DNA from: a virus
Lineage: Duplodnaviria; Caudoviricetes
Direction: 5' to 3' (one strand)
Virus record (IMG/VR): IMGVR_UViG_3300015370_001125
Location: 1 to 42,624 of that record
Length of the DNA stretch: 42,624 nt
A model generated the notes under the pieces. That model worked only from the letters and a program-made list of their open reading frames with translations. It ran no database searches and was not told the origin of the DNA. Positions 27,749-37,833 of this stretch are shown here, in pieces. How positions within the stretch are numbered: the first letter of the stretch is position 1; every line of letters starts with the position of its first letter. Made by a program: the position numbers and the translations under genes.

Positions 27749-28024
27749 CTTAGAAATATTGTTAGGATAAGTTTTCTTAAGAAAAGTTAAGATTTCCTTA
27801 CCCTTTTTGGTTAATTGATAAAACCTATAGAATTTGTCTTTTGGATTAATGCATTTAATTAGCCCCCTATCAACTAATTCTCTAAGGGTTTTAGAAATAT
27901 TATGAATGCTAATATTATTTTCTTTTGCCATTTCTTTTGGAATTTTTGGTTTATCGAGGCATAGAAGAATAGTTTTTCTTCTTTCACCACTTAAAACAAA
28001 ACTTAATAATGAATAATTTACCAT
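27740..28024 (-). CDS. Small ArsR/MarR-like wHTH regulator
   Basis: RKTIL..LDKPKIPKEMA...ISKTLRELVDRGLI...YQLTKKG. Confidence 0.88.
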   Translation of the reverse strand: MVNYSLLSFVLSGERRKTILLCLDKPKIPKEMAKENNISIHNISKTLRELVDRGLIKCINPKDKFYRFYQLTKKGKEILTFLKKTYPNNISKLR

Positions 28025-28184
28025 AATAAAGAGTATTATTCTTTATTTAATGGAATAGTCATCATTAAGGTATCGACTAAGTATCTAAAAACTCAGCAAG
28101 TTTTATAAACTAAAAACACTTTTATAAATAACTTTATAAATAAAGATATCTTATTTATAATTATAAAAAAGTGTGTGATAAAAA

Positions 28185-30695
28185 ATGGGTGTGATAAAAA
28201 ATAATCGAATAGCTCTTGCAAGTTTAATATTAGTTTTTGGAATTATCTTAGCTATATCTTTTGTTCTTGCTTCGCATGTAATCACAACTTCATCAGGAGG
28301 AACTTCTTACAGTGTTAATGAAGATGTTGGATTTATTTATAATATCACAGTTAATAATACAGATACAACTGCCCCAGCAAATATAAGCCAAGTTAATATA
28401 ACAATCCCAAACACTCTTTCTTTTTTATCAAGTTCCAATGGAACCGATGCAGGAACCCATACTTTTACAAATACCAGCACTGTTTTAAGCTGGGATAATG
28501 ACGGGCTTGTTATGAATTTAACATGGAAATATTTTTGGTTTAATGCAACTGCATCTACTCCCGGCTCCTATAATCTAACTGTTACAACAACCAATACAAC
28601 CGGATCATATTCTTCAAATATTTCTGTTACAATAAATGATACCACAGACCCTTCATCAATAGAATTTGTTTCACCCACTGAGAGCGATAATTCAAATCTT
28701 TCAAGGTCAAATCTTGCGGTGAATGTAACTGCAACAGACAACGGCGTTATTGATACAATTATCATAAGGTTATTTAATTCGACCAACAACCAGATTAATT
28801 CGAGCAGTTCTTCAACCTCTCCGTTATTTATTAATTTCACTGGACTCTCTGATGGGGTATATTCTTTTAATGCAACTATAAATGATACATATGGAAATAG
28901 TAATTCAACATCTACTAGAACTGTTACCTTAGATACTACAAATCCTTTAGTAAGTTATGGAACAGGAACAGAGGTAAATGCTTATAATATATCACGTACG
29001 TGGGTTTATATAAATATTAGTGTGACTGAAACAAACGAAGACACAATAACTTTCTTATTGTACAACTCAACAGCACAAGTTAATTCAACATCATATACCG
29101 ATGGAACAAGGACTATAAATTGGACTAGTTTACCTGACGAGGTTTATACTTATAATATAACTGTTAATGATTCAGCAGGAAATTCTAACACCACTTCTAC
29201 TAGAACAATAACCCTTGACAATACCTATCCTCTTATATCTTTTGGAACTGGAACAGCTGTGGATAATGCTAACTTATCTCAATCAAACACCTATTTAAAT
29301 GTTAGTGTTACAGAGGCAAATGAAGTTAATATAACCTTTAATTTATATAACTCTACAAACAGCAATATAAATTCTACAACTTATACAGATGCAACAAGAA
29401 CAATAAACTGGACAGGACTTTCAGATGGGAATTACACTTATAATGTTACAATAACAGATTCAGTAAACCAACAAAATTCAACATCTACTAGAACAATTAC
29501 GTTAGATACAGGAGCACCAGCGGTTTCATTTAATAATCCTTCTTCCTATGGAAATTATTCAGGAAGTATTGTTCTAAATGTTACAGTTACAGACGGATCA
29601 GGAGTAGATACAGTATTTTTTAATATTACAAATAGTTCAGGGGTTCAGAATGCAACTTACACAGCATCAAATCCTTCTGGGAATATTTGGAATGCTACTT
29701 TAAATACAAGTAGTTTTCTTGATGGAATTTATAATATAACTGCTTATGCAAATGATTCTAATGGAAACTTAAATAATACTGTTCTTGTTTCTAATGTAAC
29801 TTTTGATAATACTAATCCTACAGTCTCTCACTCTTGCTCTCCGACTTCTGTAACAGCAGGCAATACTATTACATGTTCTTGTTCAGGGACAGATGCCACT
29901 TCAGGTGTTGCTACAACTTCTTACACAGCTAATCCTTCAACATCAAGTACAGGGACCTTCTCAACAGGTTGTACTGTTACAGATTATGCAGGAAATTCAG
30001 CAAGCTCCTCTATTAGTTATACTGTAACAAGTTCTGGGGGAGGGGGGGGAGGTTCATCAACTACAAAACCCAAGCAAAAAGTTCATTCATGGACAAAGAT
30101 AACTCCGGGAGCAGCAACAATAATGAAGAATTTTGATAAGGCAATTGGAATAAAAGAAATTCAAATAGAAGTTAATAATCCTGCCCAGAATGTTAAGATA
30201 ACTGTTATAAAATATGATGCTAAACCTGCAGAAGTAACAAAAGAAAAAACAGGCAGTGTTCATAAATATTTAAAGATAGATGCTAAAAATTTGGAGAATA
30301 AATTAAAAAAAGGAGTTGTAACAATTCAGGTACAAAAATCATGGGTTTTGAATAATAGTCTTGTTAAAGAAGATATTGCTATGTTTAAGTTTAATAATAA
30401 TTCAGAAAACTGGGATGAATTAACAACCACTTACAAAGAAGAAGATACAGATTACTATTATTATGATATTGAATTAACTTCTTTTAGTTACTTTGCTATT
30501 TCAGAGAAGGTAAAAGTTGGAGAGCCCTCTTCTGAGCAAGAAGGAGAGGATGCCCAAAAATCAGAAGAAGAAATTAGCGGGGGTATACCCGGTAAGGAAA
30601 AGAATTTAACATGGTTGTGGGTGGTCATAGGCATAATTATTGTATTAGTCCTTACTGGAGCAGGATATAAAATTAAGAAAAGAAAAGAAGAATAA
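28185..30695 (+). CDS. PGF-pre-PGF domain cell-surface glycoprotein with tandem Ig-like repeats
   Basis: Signal peptide; ~95-aa repeats ending STRT(V/I)TLD; SSGGGGGG linker; ELTSFSYFAI; C-terminal TM plus basic tail; dense sequons. Confidence 0.88.
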   Translation: MGVIKNNRIALASLILVFGIILAISFVLASHVITTSSGGTSYSVNEDVGFIYNITVNNTDTTAPANISQVNITIPNTLSFLSSSNGTDAGTHTFTNTSTVLSWDNDGLVMNLTWKYFWFNATASTPGSYNLTVTTTNTTGSYSSNISVTINDTTDPSSIEFVSPTESDNSNLSRSNLAVNVTATDNGVIDTIIIRLFNSTNNQINSSSSSTSPLFINFTGLSDGVYSFNATINDTYGNSNSTSTRTVTLDTTNPLVSYGTGTEVNAYNISRTWVYINISVTETNEDTITFLLYNSTAQVNSTSYTDGTRTINWTSLPDEVYTYNITVNDSAGNSNTTSTRTITLDNTYPLISFGTGTAVDNANLSQSNTYLNVSVTEANEVNITFNLYNSTNSNINSTTYTDATRTINWTGLSDGNYTYNVTITDSVNQQNSTSTRTITLDTGAPAVSFNNPSSYGNYSGSIVLNVTVTDGSGVDTVFFNITNSSGVQNATYTASNPSGNIWNATLNTSSFLDGIYNITAYANDSNGNLNNTVLVSNVTFDNTNPTVSHSCSPTSVTAGNTITCSCSGTDATSGVATTSYTANPSTSSTGTFSTGCTVTDYAGNSASSSISYTVTSSGGGGGGSSTTKPKQKVHSWTKITPGAATIMKNFDKAIGIKEIQIEVNNPAQNVKITVIKYDAKPAEVTKEKTGSVHKYLKIDAKNLENKLKKGVVTIQVQKSWVLNNSLVKEDIAMFKFNNNSENWDELTTTYKEEDTDYYYYDIELTSFSYFAISEKVKVGEPSSEQEGEDAQKSEEEISGGIPGKEKNLTWLWVVIGIIIVLVLTGAGYKIKKRKEE

Positions 30696-30708
30696 GATTT
30701 TCTAAAAA

Positions 30709-31764
30709 CTACTCTAATAAAGAAAGATATAAGTCAGCAAAAGATTCTTTAATAATGCCTTTTGGAGTAAAGATAAAAATATCTTTTAGTTCAACAAAAT
30801 CCTTATAAATTGTCTTTAGTTTATTATCACAATAACTTTCTAATTCTGATAAATTTCTGAAACCGCTTAACACAATAGATTCATCATCAGATTCACAGCA
30901 TCCAATAAGATTGCAAGATTTATCTATATTCTTGAGTAAATTATCTCTTGCTATTAATGCCTCTGGTTTTATTGTTAAAACAAAAAATGCTAAGATATTC
31001 ACTCCTAATTTTCCATAATCTAAGTTAACATCATATCTTTTTATAACCCCTTGGTTCTCAAGTCTTTTTTCTATTCTATGAACTCCTGTTCGAGTTATTT
31101 TTAATTTATCTATATGAGATGCTATTTTTTTACAAGAGATTCTGCTATTTTTAACTAATTCTTTTAAAACTTCTTTTTCAGAGATAGATAATGAAAGTGA
31201 CTTTTTCTTTTTAAGTTTTTGAATTATTGAAGACGGATATATCCCGGGATTATTTTTAAATCCATTAATTGCATTATAAAAAACATTTTTTGAAGAACAT
31301 TTTAGCATATTCTTTCTTGAAGAGATGCAAGTTTTTATAATTTTCACCCCATTTGAATGTTCTATAAGAGAATGCATATAATCTTGCGCCTTTTCCACAT
31401 TTTGAAAGGCATAAGTTCCTATATGAGTAATCTGATTACCTAAAATTTTATATAAACCTGTCATATTATCAGACATAACCTTCTCTTCATTATTAGGCTC
31501 AAGCTTAAAGAAAATCAAGACAAAAGTATTAATATCTAAAACTTCAGGATCAATTTCAATAGAATAATTTTTTATCACATCATCTCTTTCTAGGCTTCTT
31601 CTGATTCTTCCCGTAACTTGGGAACTGATATTTAATCTTCTAGCGATAGCTGTGTTTGAGATTCTGCCGTTTCTCAAAAGCATATTAAGCATAATTCTAC
31701 CCTTTGCTGATAGATAAACTATCTCCTCTTTTTTCTGATGATTTTTTCGCCTCATCTTAATCAC
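30709..31764 (-). CDS. Tandem (double) Lrp/AsnC family transcriptional regulator
   Basis: Two HTH+RAM units: NGRISNTAIARRL...LERDDVIKNY and NSRISCKKIA...LENQGVIKRY. Confidence 0.85.
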   Translation of the reverse strand: MIKMRRKNHQKKEEIVYLSAKGRIMLNMLLRNGRISNTAIARRLNISSQVTGRIRRSLERDDVIKNYSIEIDPEVLDINTFVLIFFKLEPNNEEKVMSDNMTGLYKILGNQITHIGTYAFQNVEKAQDYMHSLIEHSNGVKIIKTCISSRKNMLKCSSKNVFYNAINGFKNNPGIYPSSIIQKLKKKKSLSLSISEKEVLKELVKNSRISCKKIASHIDKLKITRTGVHRIEKRLENQGVIKRYDVNLDYGKLGVNILAFFVLTIKPEALIARDNLLKNIDKSCNLIGCCESDDESIVLSGFRNLSELESYCDNKLKTIYKDFVELKDIFIFTPKGIIKESFADLYLSLLE

Positions 31765-31883
31765 AATAGCTATTTGTAGTTTTTATTATTAATCAATCAA
31801 GAAGTCAGAATTTCATCATTATGGTCTCTACTGGATAAATATTCTTAAGTTATTATCCCTTTTTTAGAAAACTTACACTTAAA

Positions 31884-32030
31884 TTAGTCATCAATTGTTA
31901 CTTTCACCTTTTTGTGCAATTCAAGCATCAGCTTTGCAATCTTTTCATCGCTAACATTTACAATTATCTTCAGCACTTTTCCGGTTTCCCAAACCTCAAC
32001 AATCTCTCCTTCGTATGTTTTTGATGCCAT
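31884..32030 (-). CDS. Small hypothetical protein (48 aa, not in the ORF track)
   Basis: MASKTYEGEIVEVWETGKVLKIIVNVSDEKIAKLMLELHKKVKVTIDD; protein-like composition. Confidence 0.55.
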   Translation of the reverse strand: MASKTYEGEIVEVWETGKVLKIIVNVSDEKIAKLMLELHKKVKVTIDD

Positions 32031-32157
32031 TATAAGTAGTTTTACATAACCTCTAAAATTTTTATTTATTATGATGATGCAATATATATGCTGTTAAAAC
32101 ACTCCTACTCGTGTATCGCTCGTGAAAGTATTAAATATTATATAAACACTTCTATTT

Positions 32158-32421
32158 ATGAAAAACTGGAAAGATTACAGCTTTGTTGTAAGGTCTGGGC
32201 ATAGAAAAAGGGTCTTTGAATCCTTGAATAAACCTAAAACTCCTACTCAGCTTTCGCAAGAGCTAAGCATTGACTTGGGTTATATGAGCAATATTCTAAT
32301 CTCTCTTTTAGACAGGAAATTAATCCAATGTCTTAATCCTGATGAAAAAAGGCATAGATTGTATGAGAGAAACAAGAAAGGCGAAGTTTTATTCAAGGAT
32401 ATGCAGAATATAAAAGCTTAA
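32158..32421 (+). CDS. Small ArsR/MarR-like wHTH regulator, paralog of 27740-28024
   Basis: SFV..S..RK....L.KPKTP...LLDRKLIQCLNP...Y..NKKG. Confidence 0.88.
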   Translation: MKNWKDYSFVVRSGHRKRVFESLNKPKTPTQLSQELSIDLGYMSNILISLLDRKLIQCLNPDEKRHRLYERNKKGEVLFKDMQNIKA

Positions 32422-32479
32422 AATATCTAAATCTCTGTAAATTGTCATGTATAAATTAATCAATTTCGCTGTAAAGGTA

Positions 32480-32731
32480 ATGGAGAAGCAAAATATGCAA
32501 AATCCAGAGCTAATGCCTTCTCAAAATCCAGAAATTAATCCAACTCAGAATCCAGAAATAAACCCTGATCAAAATCCTAAAATTAATTCTTCACAGAATC
32601 CAGATATTAATTATACGCAAAACCCTAATTGGAAGCAAAATCAATGGGATTTATTTAAAGAAACAGTCTTATGGGATAATTTAGATGATGATCAAAGGGC
32701 TATGTGTAAAAAATACTTAAAATCATTATAA
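32480..32731 (+). CDS. Small protein with 8-aa QNPxxNPx tandem repeats
   Basis: Six degenerate 24-bp units (QNPELMPS QNPEINPT QNPEINPD QNPKINSS QNPDINYT QNPNWKQN); start may be 32447. Confidence 0.7.
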   Translation: MEKQNMQNPELMPSQNPEINPTQNPEINPDQNPKINSSQNPDINYTQNPNWKQNQWDLFKETVLWDNLDDDQRAMCKKYLKSL

Positions 32732-32782
32732 CGTTGACTTTTTAACATTAAATTTATAACAGATCAAATCATTTCTTAACTG

Positions 32783-34243
32783 ATGGCAATATTAACAAAA
32801 TCAAAGTATCTTTTAGGGTTACAATGCCCTAAACTTCTTTGGATGGAAGTCAATAAAAAAACTCCTGAACCTGATGAATCAGCTAAACATAAATTTGAAG
32901 TTGGAAATATAATCGGAGAATTAGCAAAAAAATTATTCCCAGAGGGAATTGATATTCCAACAGATGATTTTAAGGCAAATATAAACAAAACAAAAGAACT
33001 TCTTAAAAAAAGAAAGCCATTATTTGAAGCATCTTTTCTTATTGATAATCTTTTTTCAAGACCTGATATCTTATTTCCTGTTGGAGATGATGAATGGGAT
33101 GTAATTGAAGTAAAAAGCGGAACTAAGGTTAAGGATGTAAATATTCATGATGTTTCATTTCAAAAATATCTTTATGAGAAGTGTGGCCTAAAAATCAGGA
33201 AATGTTTTCTTATGCATATCAATAATCAATATGTAAGAGATGGGGAAATTGAACCTAAAGAATTGTTTGTACAGTCAGAAATTACTCAAGAAGCAAATAG
33301 CGCGATGGATGGGATTACAAAAAGAATTGACAATATGTTAAAAATAGTACATTCAAAACAATGCCCAAAAGTAGATATCGGAAAACATTGTAAAGATCCT
33401 TATGAATGTGGGTTAAAGTGTGATTGTTGGGATAATCTTCCTGAAGAAAATGTGTTTAATCTTTATCTCGGTGGAAAGAAGTCTTACGAATTATATGGTA
33501 GTGGAATTCTAAAAATAAAAGATATTCCAAAGGGTTATAAACTTAATCCAAGGCAGAAAATTCAAGTGGAATGTGCTATAAATGGAAATTGTAACATTAA
33601 CAAAGATAAGATTAAAAAATTCTTAGATGAGTTAAAATATCCTCTTTATTATTTAGATTTTGAAACAATTAATCCTGCCCTTCCAAAATTTGATGGCATG
33701 AAGCCTTATCAAAGAATCGGCTTTCAATATTCACTCCATATTGTTGAAAAACCCGGAGCAAAGCCAAAACATATATCTTTTTTAGCAGATGGTGTCAATG
33801 ATCCGAGACCAAAATTTCTTCAATCATTAAAAGACAATCTAGGAAAGAGGGGAGATATAATTGTTTATAATGAAAGTTTTGAAAAAGGAGTATTTACAGA
33901 ACATTGTGATGCTTTCCCAGAATTCCAAGACTGGTTGAGTAAAAACATAATGCCCAGAATCAAAGACCTTTTGATCCCATTTAGACAATTTCATTATTAT
34001 GATCCTAAACAATGTGGAAGTGCATCAATAAAAAAAGTTCTTCCAGTTATGTCAGATTTAAGTTATAAGGATATGGAAATTAATAACGGCGGGGATGCAA
34101 GCATAGCTTATGAAAATGCAACTTATGGAAATGTTTCGGAAAAAGAAAAGAAGAAAGTAAGAGATGCCTTAGAAAAGTATTGCGAACTTGATACTCTTGC
34201 AGAAATTAAGATTATTGATAGGTTGATGGAAATTATAGGATGA
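32783..34243 (+). CDS. DUF2779-type protein (PD-(D/E)XK nuclease plus RNase H-like exonuclease domain)
   Basis: LTKSKY..GLQCPK.LW, RPDIL, IEVKS, YYLDFET, FQYSLH, YCELDT. Confidence 0.85.
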   Translation: MAILTKSKYLLGLQCPKLLWMEVNKKTPEPDESAKHKFEVGNIIGELAKKLFPEGIDIPTDDFKANINKTKELLKKRKPLFEASFLIDNLFSRPDILFPVGDDEWDVIEVKSGTKVKDVNIHDVSFQKYLYEKCGLKIRKCFLMHINNQYVRDGEIEPKELFVQSEITQEANSAMDGITKRIDNMLKIVHSKQCPKVDIGKHCKDPYECGLKCDCWDNLPEENVFNLYLGGKKSYELYGSGILKIKDIPKGYKLNPRQKIQVECAINGNCNINKDKIKKFLDELKYPLYYLDFETINPALPKFDGMKPYQRIGFQYSLHIVEKPGAKPKHISFLADGVNDPRPKFLQSLKDNLGKRGDIIVYNESFEKGVFTEHCDAFPEFQDWLSKNIMPRIKDLLIPFRQFHYYDPKQCGSASIKKVLPVMSDLSYKDMEINNGGDASIAYENATYGNVSEKEKKKVRDALEKYCELDTLAEIKIIDRLMEIIG

Positions 34244-34318
34244 AAAGACTTAAAAACAGCCCTAAATTAATAAAATTGAGGGTGATAAAAACCTCAGATT
34301 AATTCTGAGTTAACAAAT

Positions 34319-35395
34319 ATGGCAACAGAAATAAAATTATGGCAGATAAAAGAAGGAAAGTTAATTCCTTCAGAAGTTAGCATGGTAGATACTGGAAGAA
34401 AGGAAGTTAATGATTTAGAACAATGGATTAAAAGTAATTCAGCTATTTTAGGGGAAGATATTTCCATTATTGGTGAGCAAGTTATGACAAAGAGGGGGCC
34501 ACTAGACTTTCTTGGAATAGATAAGTCCGGAAACTTAATTATTGTTGAATTAAAAAGAGATAAATTGCACCGAGAGGTTTTGGCTCAAGCGATAGATTAT
34601 GCTTCAGATTTGTCTTCTTGGGATGTTGAGAGATTAAATGCTGAATGCCAGAAATATGCTGGCAAGAAAATTGAAGAAATTATGAAAGAAAGTTTTGATT
34701 TAGATGATGAAGACCTTGAAGATGTTTCAATTAATACATTTCAAAAAATTTTGTTGGTAGGAACAGGAGTTGACGAATCCTTACAAAGAATGGTTGAGTG
34801 GTTGTCTAAGAATTATGATTTGAGTATAAATGTTCTTGTTTTAAAATATACTAAAACTAGCGGAGGAGATGAAATTATTGCTAGAACGACAATAATTCCT
34901 GAAGAAGTTGAACAAGAGAAAAGTCAAAGACATCAGAAAAAGATTTATGCTGAAGGACATAGCTTAAGAAAGGAATTTTGGACACAGCTATTAGAAAAAA
35001 TTAATAAAAAATCTAAACTTTTTTCTAGAATTTCTCCGAGTGCATATCATTGGATTGGGGCCGGTGCTGGAAAAGCAGGTATTGGGTATAACTTTGTTAT
35101 ATTGAATAGTTATGCTGGCTGTGAAATTTATATTGATAAAGGAAAGGAAAATGCTGATTTAAATAAGCAAAGATTTGATCAATTATTAGAGCACAAAAAA
35201 GAAATTGAAGAAAAATTCGGAGAAGAACTTACATGGGAAAGATTAGATGATAAAAGAGCTTCTAGAATTGCAATCAGATTTAAAGAGGATGGATTAAAAG
35301 AAAAAGAGAGATGGGATGAAATTCAAGAAAAGATGGTTGACGCAATGATAAGATTAGAGAAAGCTACTAAAAATCCAATTTCCCATTTGGAATAA
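34319..35395 (+). CDS. NucS-like endonuclease fused to DUF4268
   Basis: E.DLEQWI, LDFLGID..G...IVELKR, Q.IDYA; C-terminal FW..LL...EIEEKFGEELTWERLD..RASRI. Confidence 0.85.
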   Translation: MATEIKLWQIKEGKLIPSEVSMVDTGRKEVNDLEQWIKSNSAILGEDISIIGEQVMTKRGPLDFLGIDKSGNLIIVELKRDKLHREVLAQAIDYASDLSSWDVERLNAECQKYAGKKIEEIMKESFDLDDEDLEDVSINTFQKILLVGTGVDESLQRMVEWLSKNYDLSINVLVLKYTKTSGGDEIIARTTIIPEEVEQEKSQRHQKKIYAEGHSLRKEFWTQLLEKINKKSKLFSRISPSAYHWIGAGAGKAGIGYNFVILNSYAGCEIYIDKGKENADLNKQRFDQLLEHKKEIEEKFGEELTWERLDDKRASRIAIRFKEDGLKEKERWDEIQEKMVDAMIRLEKATKNPISHLE

Positions 35396-35449
35396 ATCTT
35401 TAGTTTTACATTAAACAATAAAATAAGGTAGATTAATGGAAATTGTAAA

Positions 35450-35923
35450 ATGAATATAAGTACATATAAAAGAAATCTAGAAAGGTATGATGTAGATAAT
35501 AAACAATTTGAAAAGGAGAAAAAGAAACTTTCCAAAAGATTCAATAAAGAAGCATCCGATATAGATACATTATGGTCTTTATTTAATTTATTGCTGATAA
35601 AATATGCAGGAGATTATCATACCTCTAAAATGATTTATTATGAAATGGCTTTATTTTTAGATGATGAAGGAAGAAATTCTATCCAAATGGGTGAAGCATC
35701 AAGAAAGATGGAATTAACAGGTTTAAAACAGCAAGGCATTAAGAAAGTAAAAATATGTGCTTCAAAGAATGGTTGCAAAGAATGTCAAAAACAAAATGAA
35801 AAAACCTATCTTATTGATGATGCTTTAGAAAAAATGCCTCTTCCAATAAAGAAGTGCACCCATCATTTACATAATGATAAATTTGGTTTTTGTAGGTGCT
35901 GTTGGCTTGGGGTGATTGATTAA
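35450..35923 (+). CDS. Hypothetical protein with Cys-rich, gpF-like C-terminal domain
   Basis: CKEC...N.K.Y...PLP...C...CRC. Confidence 0.6.
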   Translation: MNISTYKRNLERYDVDNKQFEKEKKKLSKRFNKEASDIDTLWSLFNLLLIKYAGDYHTSKMIYYEMALFLDDEGRNSIQMGEASRKMELTGLKQQGIKKVKICASKNGCKECQKQNEKTYLIDDALEKMPLPIKKCTHHLHNDKFGFCRCCWLGVID

Positions 35924-35924
35924 G

Positions 35925-36242
35925 ATGATTAGTTCAGATGATAAATTTATTTTAATACTCATTGCAATAGTTTTTGTAATAGGTTGGATAGGTTTTCAAT
36001 TAGGAGTTCAAACAACAGAGCAAAGAATAGATAATGAACTTAAGATTTGTTTAGAGGAAAAAGCAAAATTAGAAGTTGAAAAAGAAGACATAAAACAAGA
36101 TGTTGCAAATCTATTAAAAGACTTTTATGGGAAACAATTAGTTTGGGATATTTTTGGGGTTAAAAAATATAAAAGTGCTTTATGTGGGGCTAATATATAT
36201 TTAGATATAGAAATCCCCTATGTAAATGAACTAATTTGTTAA
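35925..36242 (+). CDS. Membrane-anchored coiled-coil hypothetical protein
   Basis: N-terminal TM helix followed by a coiled coil. Confidence 0.6.
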   Translation: MISSDDKFILILIAIVFVIGWIGFQLGVQTTEQRIDNELKICLEEKAKLEVEKEDIKQDVANLLKDFYGKQLVWDIFGVKKYKSALCGANIYLDIEIPYVNELIC

Positions 36243-36279
36243 ACAGAAAATTCTAAATAACTAAAATCTATGTTCTTTT

Positions 36280-36735
36280 ATGGGAATAATAGAATTTTTT
36301 GTTGAAAACTATGTATTACTTTTAGCAATTTACGGAGCAGTTTTATCAACAATTGGCATTATTTGGAAAATCTATTCAGACAGGCCTAAAATTAAAGTAA
36401 AGGCTAGTTTTGGGTTAATAGATTACGGAGGTAGGATTGATGATAAATCTTTTCTAGTTGGAGTAGTAAATAGGGGTAGGAGACCAGTGACTTTGTCTTC
36501 TGTCGGAATTCGTGCAGGAAAAGAGGATATGATCCATCTTAAAACAATTGGTTTGCCTAAAGAACTTGGGGAAGGAAAGTCTCATACCGAATGGTTCAAA
36601 ATAGATAGCTTAAGGGGAAAAGATTGTGACTTTGCATGGTATAGAGATGCAACTGGAAAATTATACAAAAGCAAAAGTATCCGACAAAAGTTAAAGAATT
36701 ACTTTGATTCTGAGAAAAAAGAAAATAAAAAATAG
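36280..36735 (+). CDS. Membrane-anchored hypothetical protein
   Basis: N-terminal TM (LAIYGAVLSTIGIIW); VVN.GRRPVTL.SVG. Confidence 0.7.
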   Translation: MGIIEFFVENYVLLLAIYGAVLSTIGIIWKIYSDRPKIKVKASFGLIDYGGRIDDKSFLVGVVNRGRRPVTLSSVGIRAGKEDMIHLKTIGLPKELGEGKSHTEWFKIDSLRGKDCDFAWYRDATGKLYKSKSIRQKLKNYFDSEKKENKK

Positions 36736-36780
36736 TTGACACCAAACGTTTATAACTTAGACATCTATAATATTGTTAAG

Positions 36781-37833
36781 ATGAAAGATAAATTAAGAGT
36801 GAAGTTTACCGAGAACGATTTAAAGAAACTTATCTATTGGATAACTTTAAAATTTAAAGAAGATGAATTTCACCATCAAGCTGCTTCTGCTAAAAGCGAT
36901 CTAATAGGCGGATTCTTTGACAGATGGTTTAATCGGGCTCCTGAATTTCTTGTTTTTGGAGAATTGCTTAAAGGAAAGAAATATGATGTAGTTATTGATA
37001 ATTTTCTTTATGGACAAGATACAAAGAAAAATGCTCCTGATATTATTGGATTAAAAAAGGATGGAAAAACAATTGCAAGATTTGCAGTTTTCAAAGATGG
37101 TGAATGGAAACAAGTTGATAAAATGCCTTTAATTGAAGTTAAGACTTTTAGGAATACTCAATCCTTGACAGCTGTCGGAGAAACTCAGATGGATAAGGAT
37201 CACTATTATGTTTTTGTGGAATCTAATGTAAAAGGTGATTATCTTTTGAATCTATTTGAAGATTCTGTTTTTACAAAAAGTAATTTTGATTCATTAAAAG
37301 TTGCAGACGGTTTCATAGAATCAGACAAAGATAAGCAAATAATTACTCCTCAACAAATAAAAGTTGATAAGGAATTGGGATATTTCAAGCTAATAGGTAT
37401 TTTTAAGGGAGAAGAATTAAAAAAACATTCTCTACTTGTTGGCATGGATGAATCTGGCAAAATAGAGAAACCAAGATATTTTGATACAATTGAAAAAATT
37501 GAAGAACTTACTCATAAAGTAGAAGAGCCAATCTCGGAAGGAAAATTTATTTATGATGATCTGTACATCCCCTTTTATATTAATTTTACAAGTAAAAAAG
37601 CAAAGGCAACTATTGTAAAAAGATATAAAGGCCATATGATGATCAAGGTTGAAGGAAAAATAGAGATTAATGGACAAGAAGCTGAAGACGGATATTTTAA
37701 AGTTAAATTCAAAAATTTTGATAGAAGTTCCAAGAAAAAAGAGCACATTGGAGATAAATATTTATTTGAACATTTAGCAGAAGATGTTACAGATGATCTT
37801 GTAAAAAGATTTGATAAAATAGCTAAGGCTTAA
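36781..37833 (+). CDS. Putative type II restriction endonuclease (PD-(D/E)XK)
   Basis: APDIIG...IEVKT motif; part of a cluster with a C5-methyltransferase. Confidence 0.6.
   Translation: MKDKLRVKFTENDLKKLIYWITLKFKEDEFHHQAASAKSDLIGGFFDRWFNRAPEFLVFGELLKGKKYDVVIDNFLYGQDTKKNAPDIIGLKKDGKTIARFAVFKDGEWKQVDKMPLIEVKTFRNTQSLTAVGETQMDKDHYYVFVESNVKGDYLLNLFEDSVFTKSNFDSLKVADGFIESDKDKQIITPQQIKVDKELGYFKLIGIFKGEELKKHSLLVGMDESGKIEKPRYFDTIEKIEELTHKVEEPISEGKFIYDDLYIPFYINFTSKKAKATIVKRYKGHMMIKVEGKIEINGQEAEDGYFKVKFKNFDRSSKKKEHIGDKYLFEHLAEDVTDDLVKRFDKIAKA

Noticed and set aside
28173-28200. GTGTGATAAAAA duplicated around the start codon
   Set aside because: Probably a small duplication of the RBS/start region; no evidence of function.
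28630-29510. ~285-bp DNA repeats (TCTACTAGAAC cores)
   Set aside because: Explained by tandem Ig-like domains of the PGF-pre-PGF protein.
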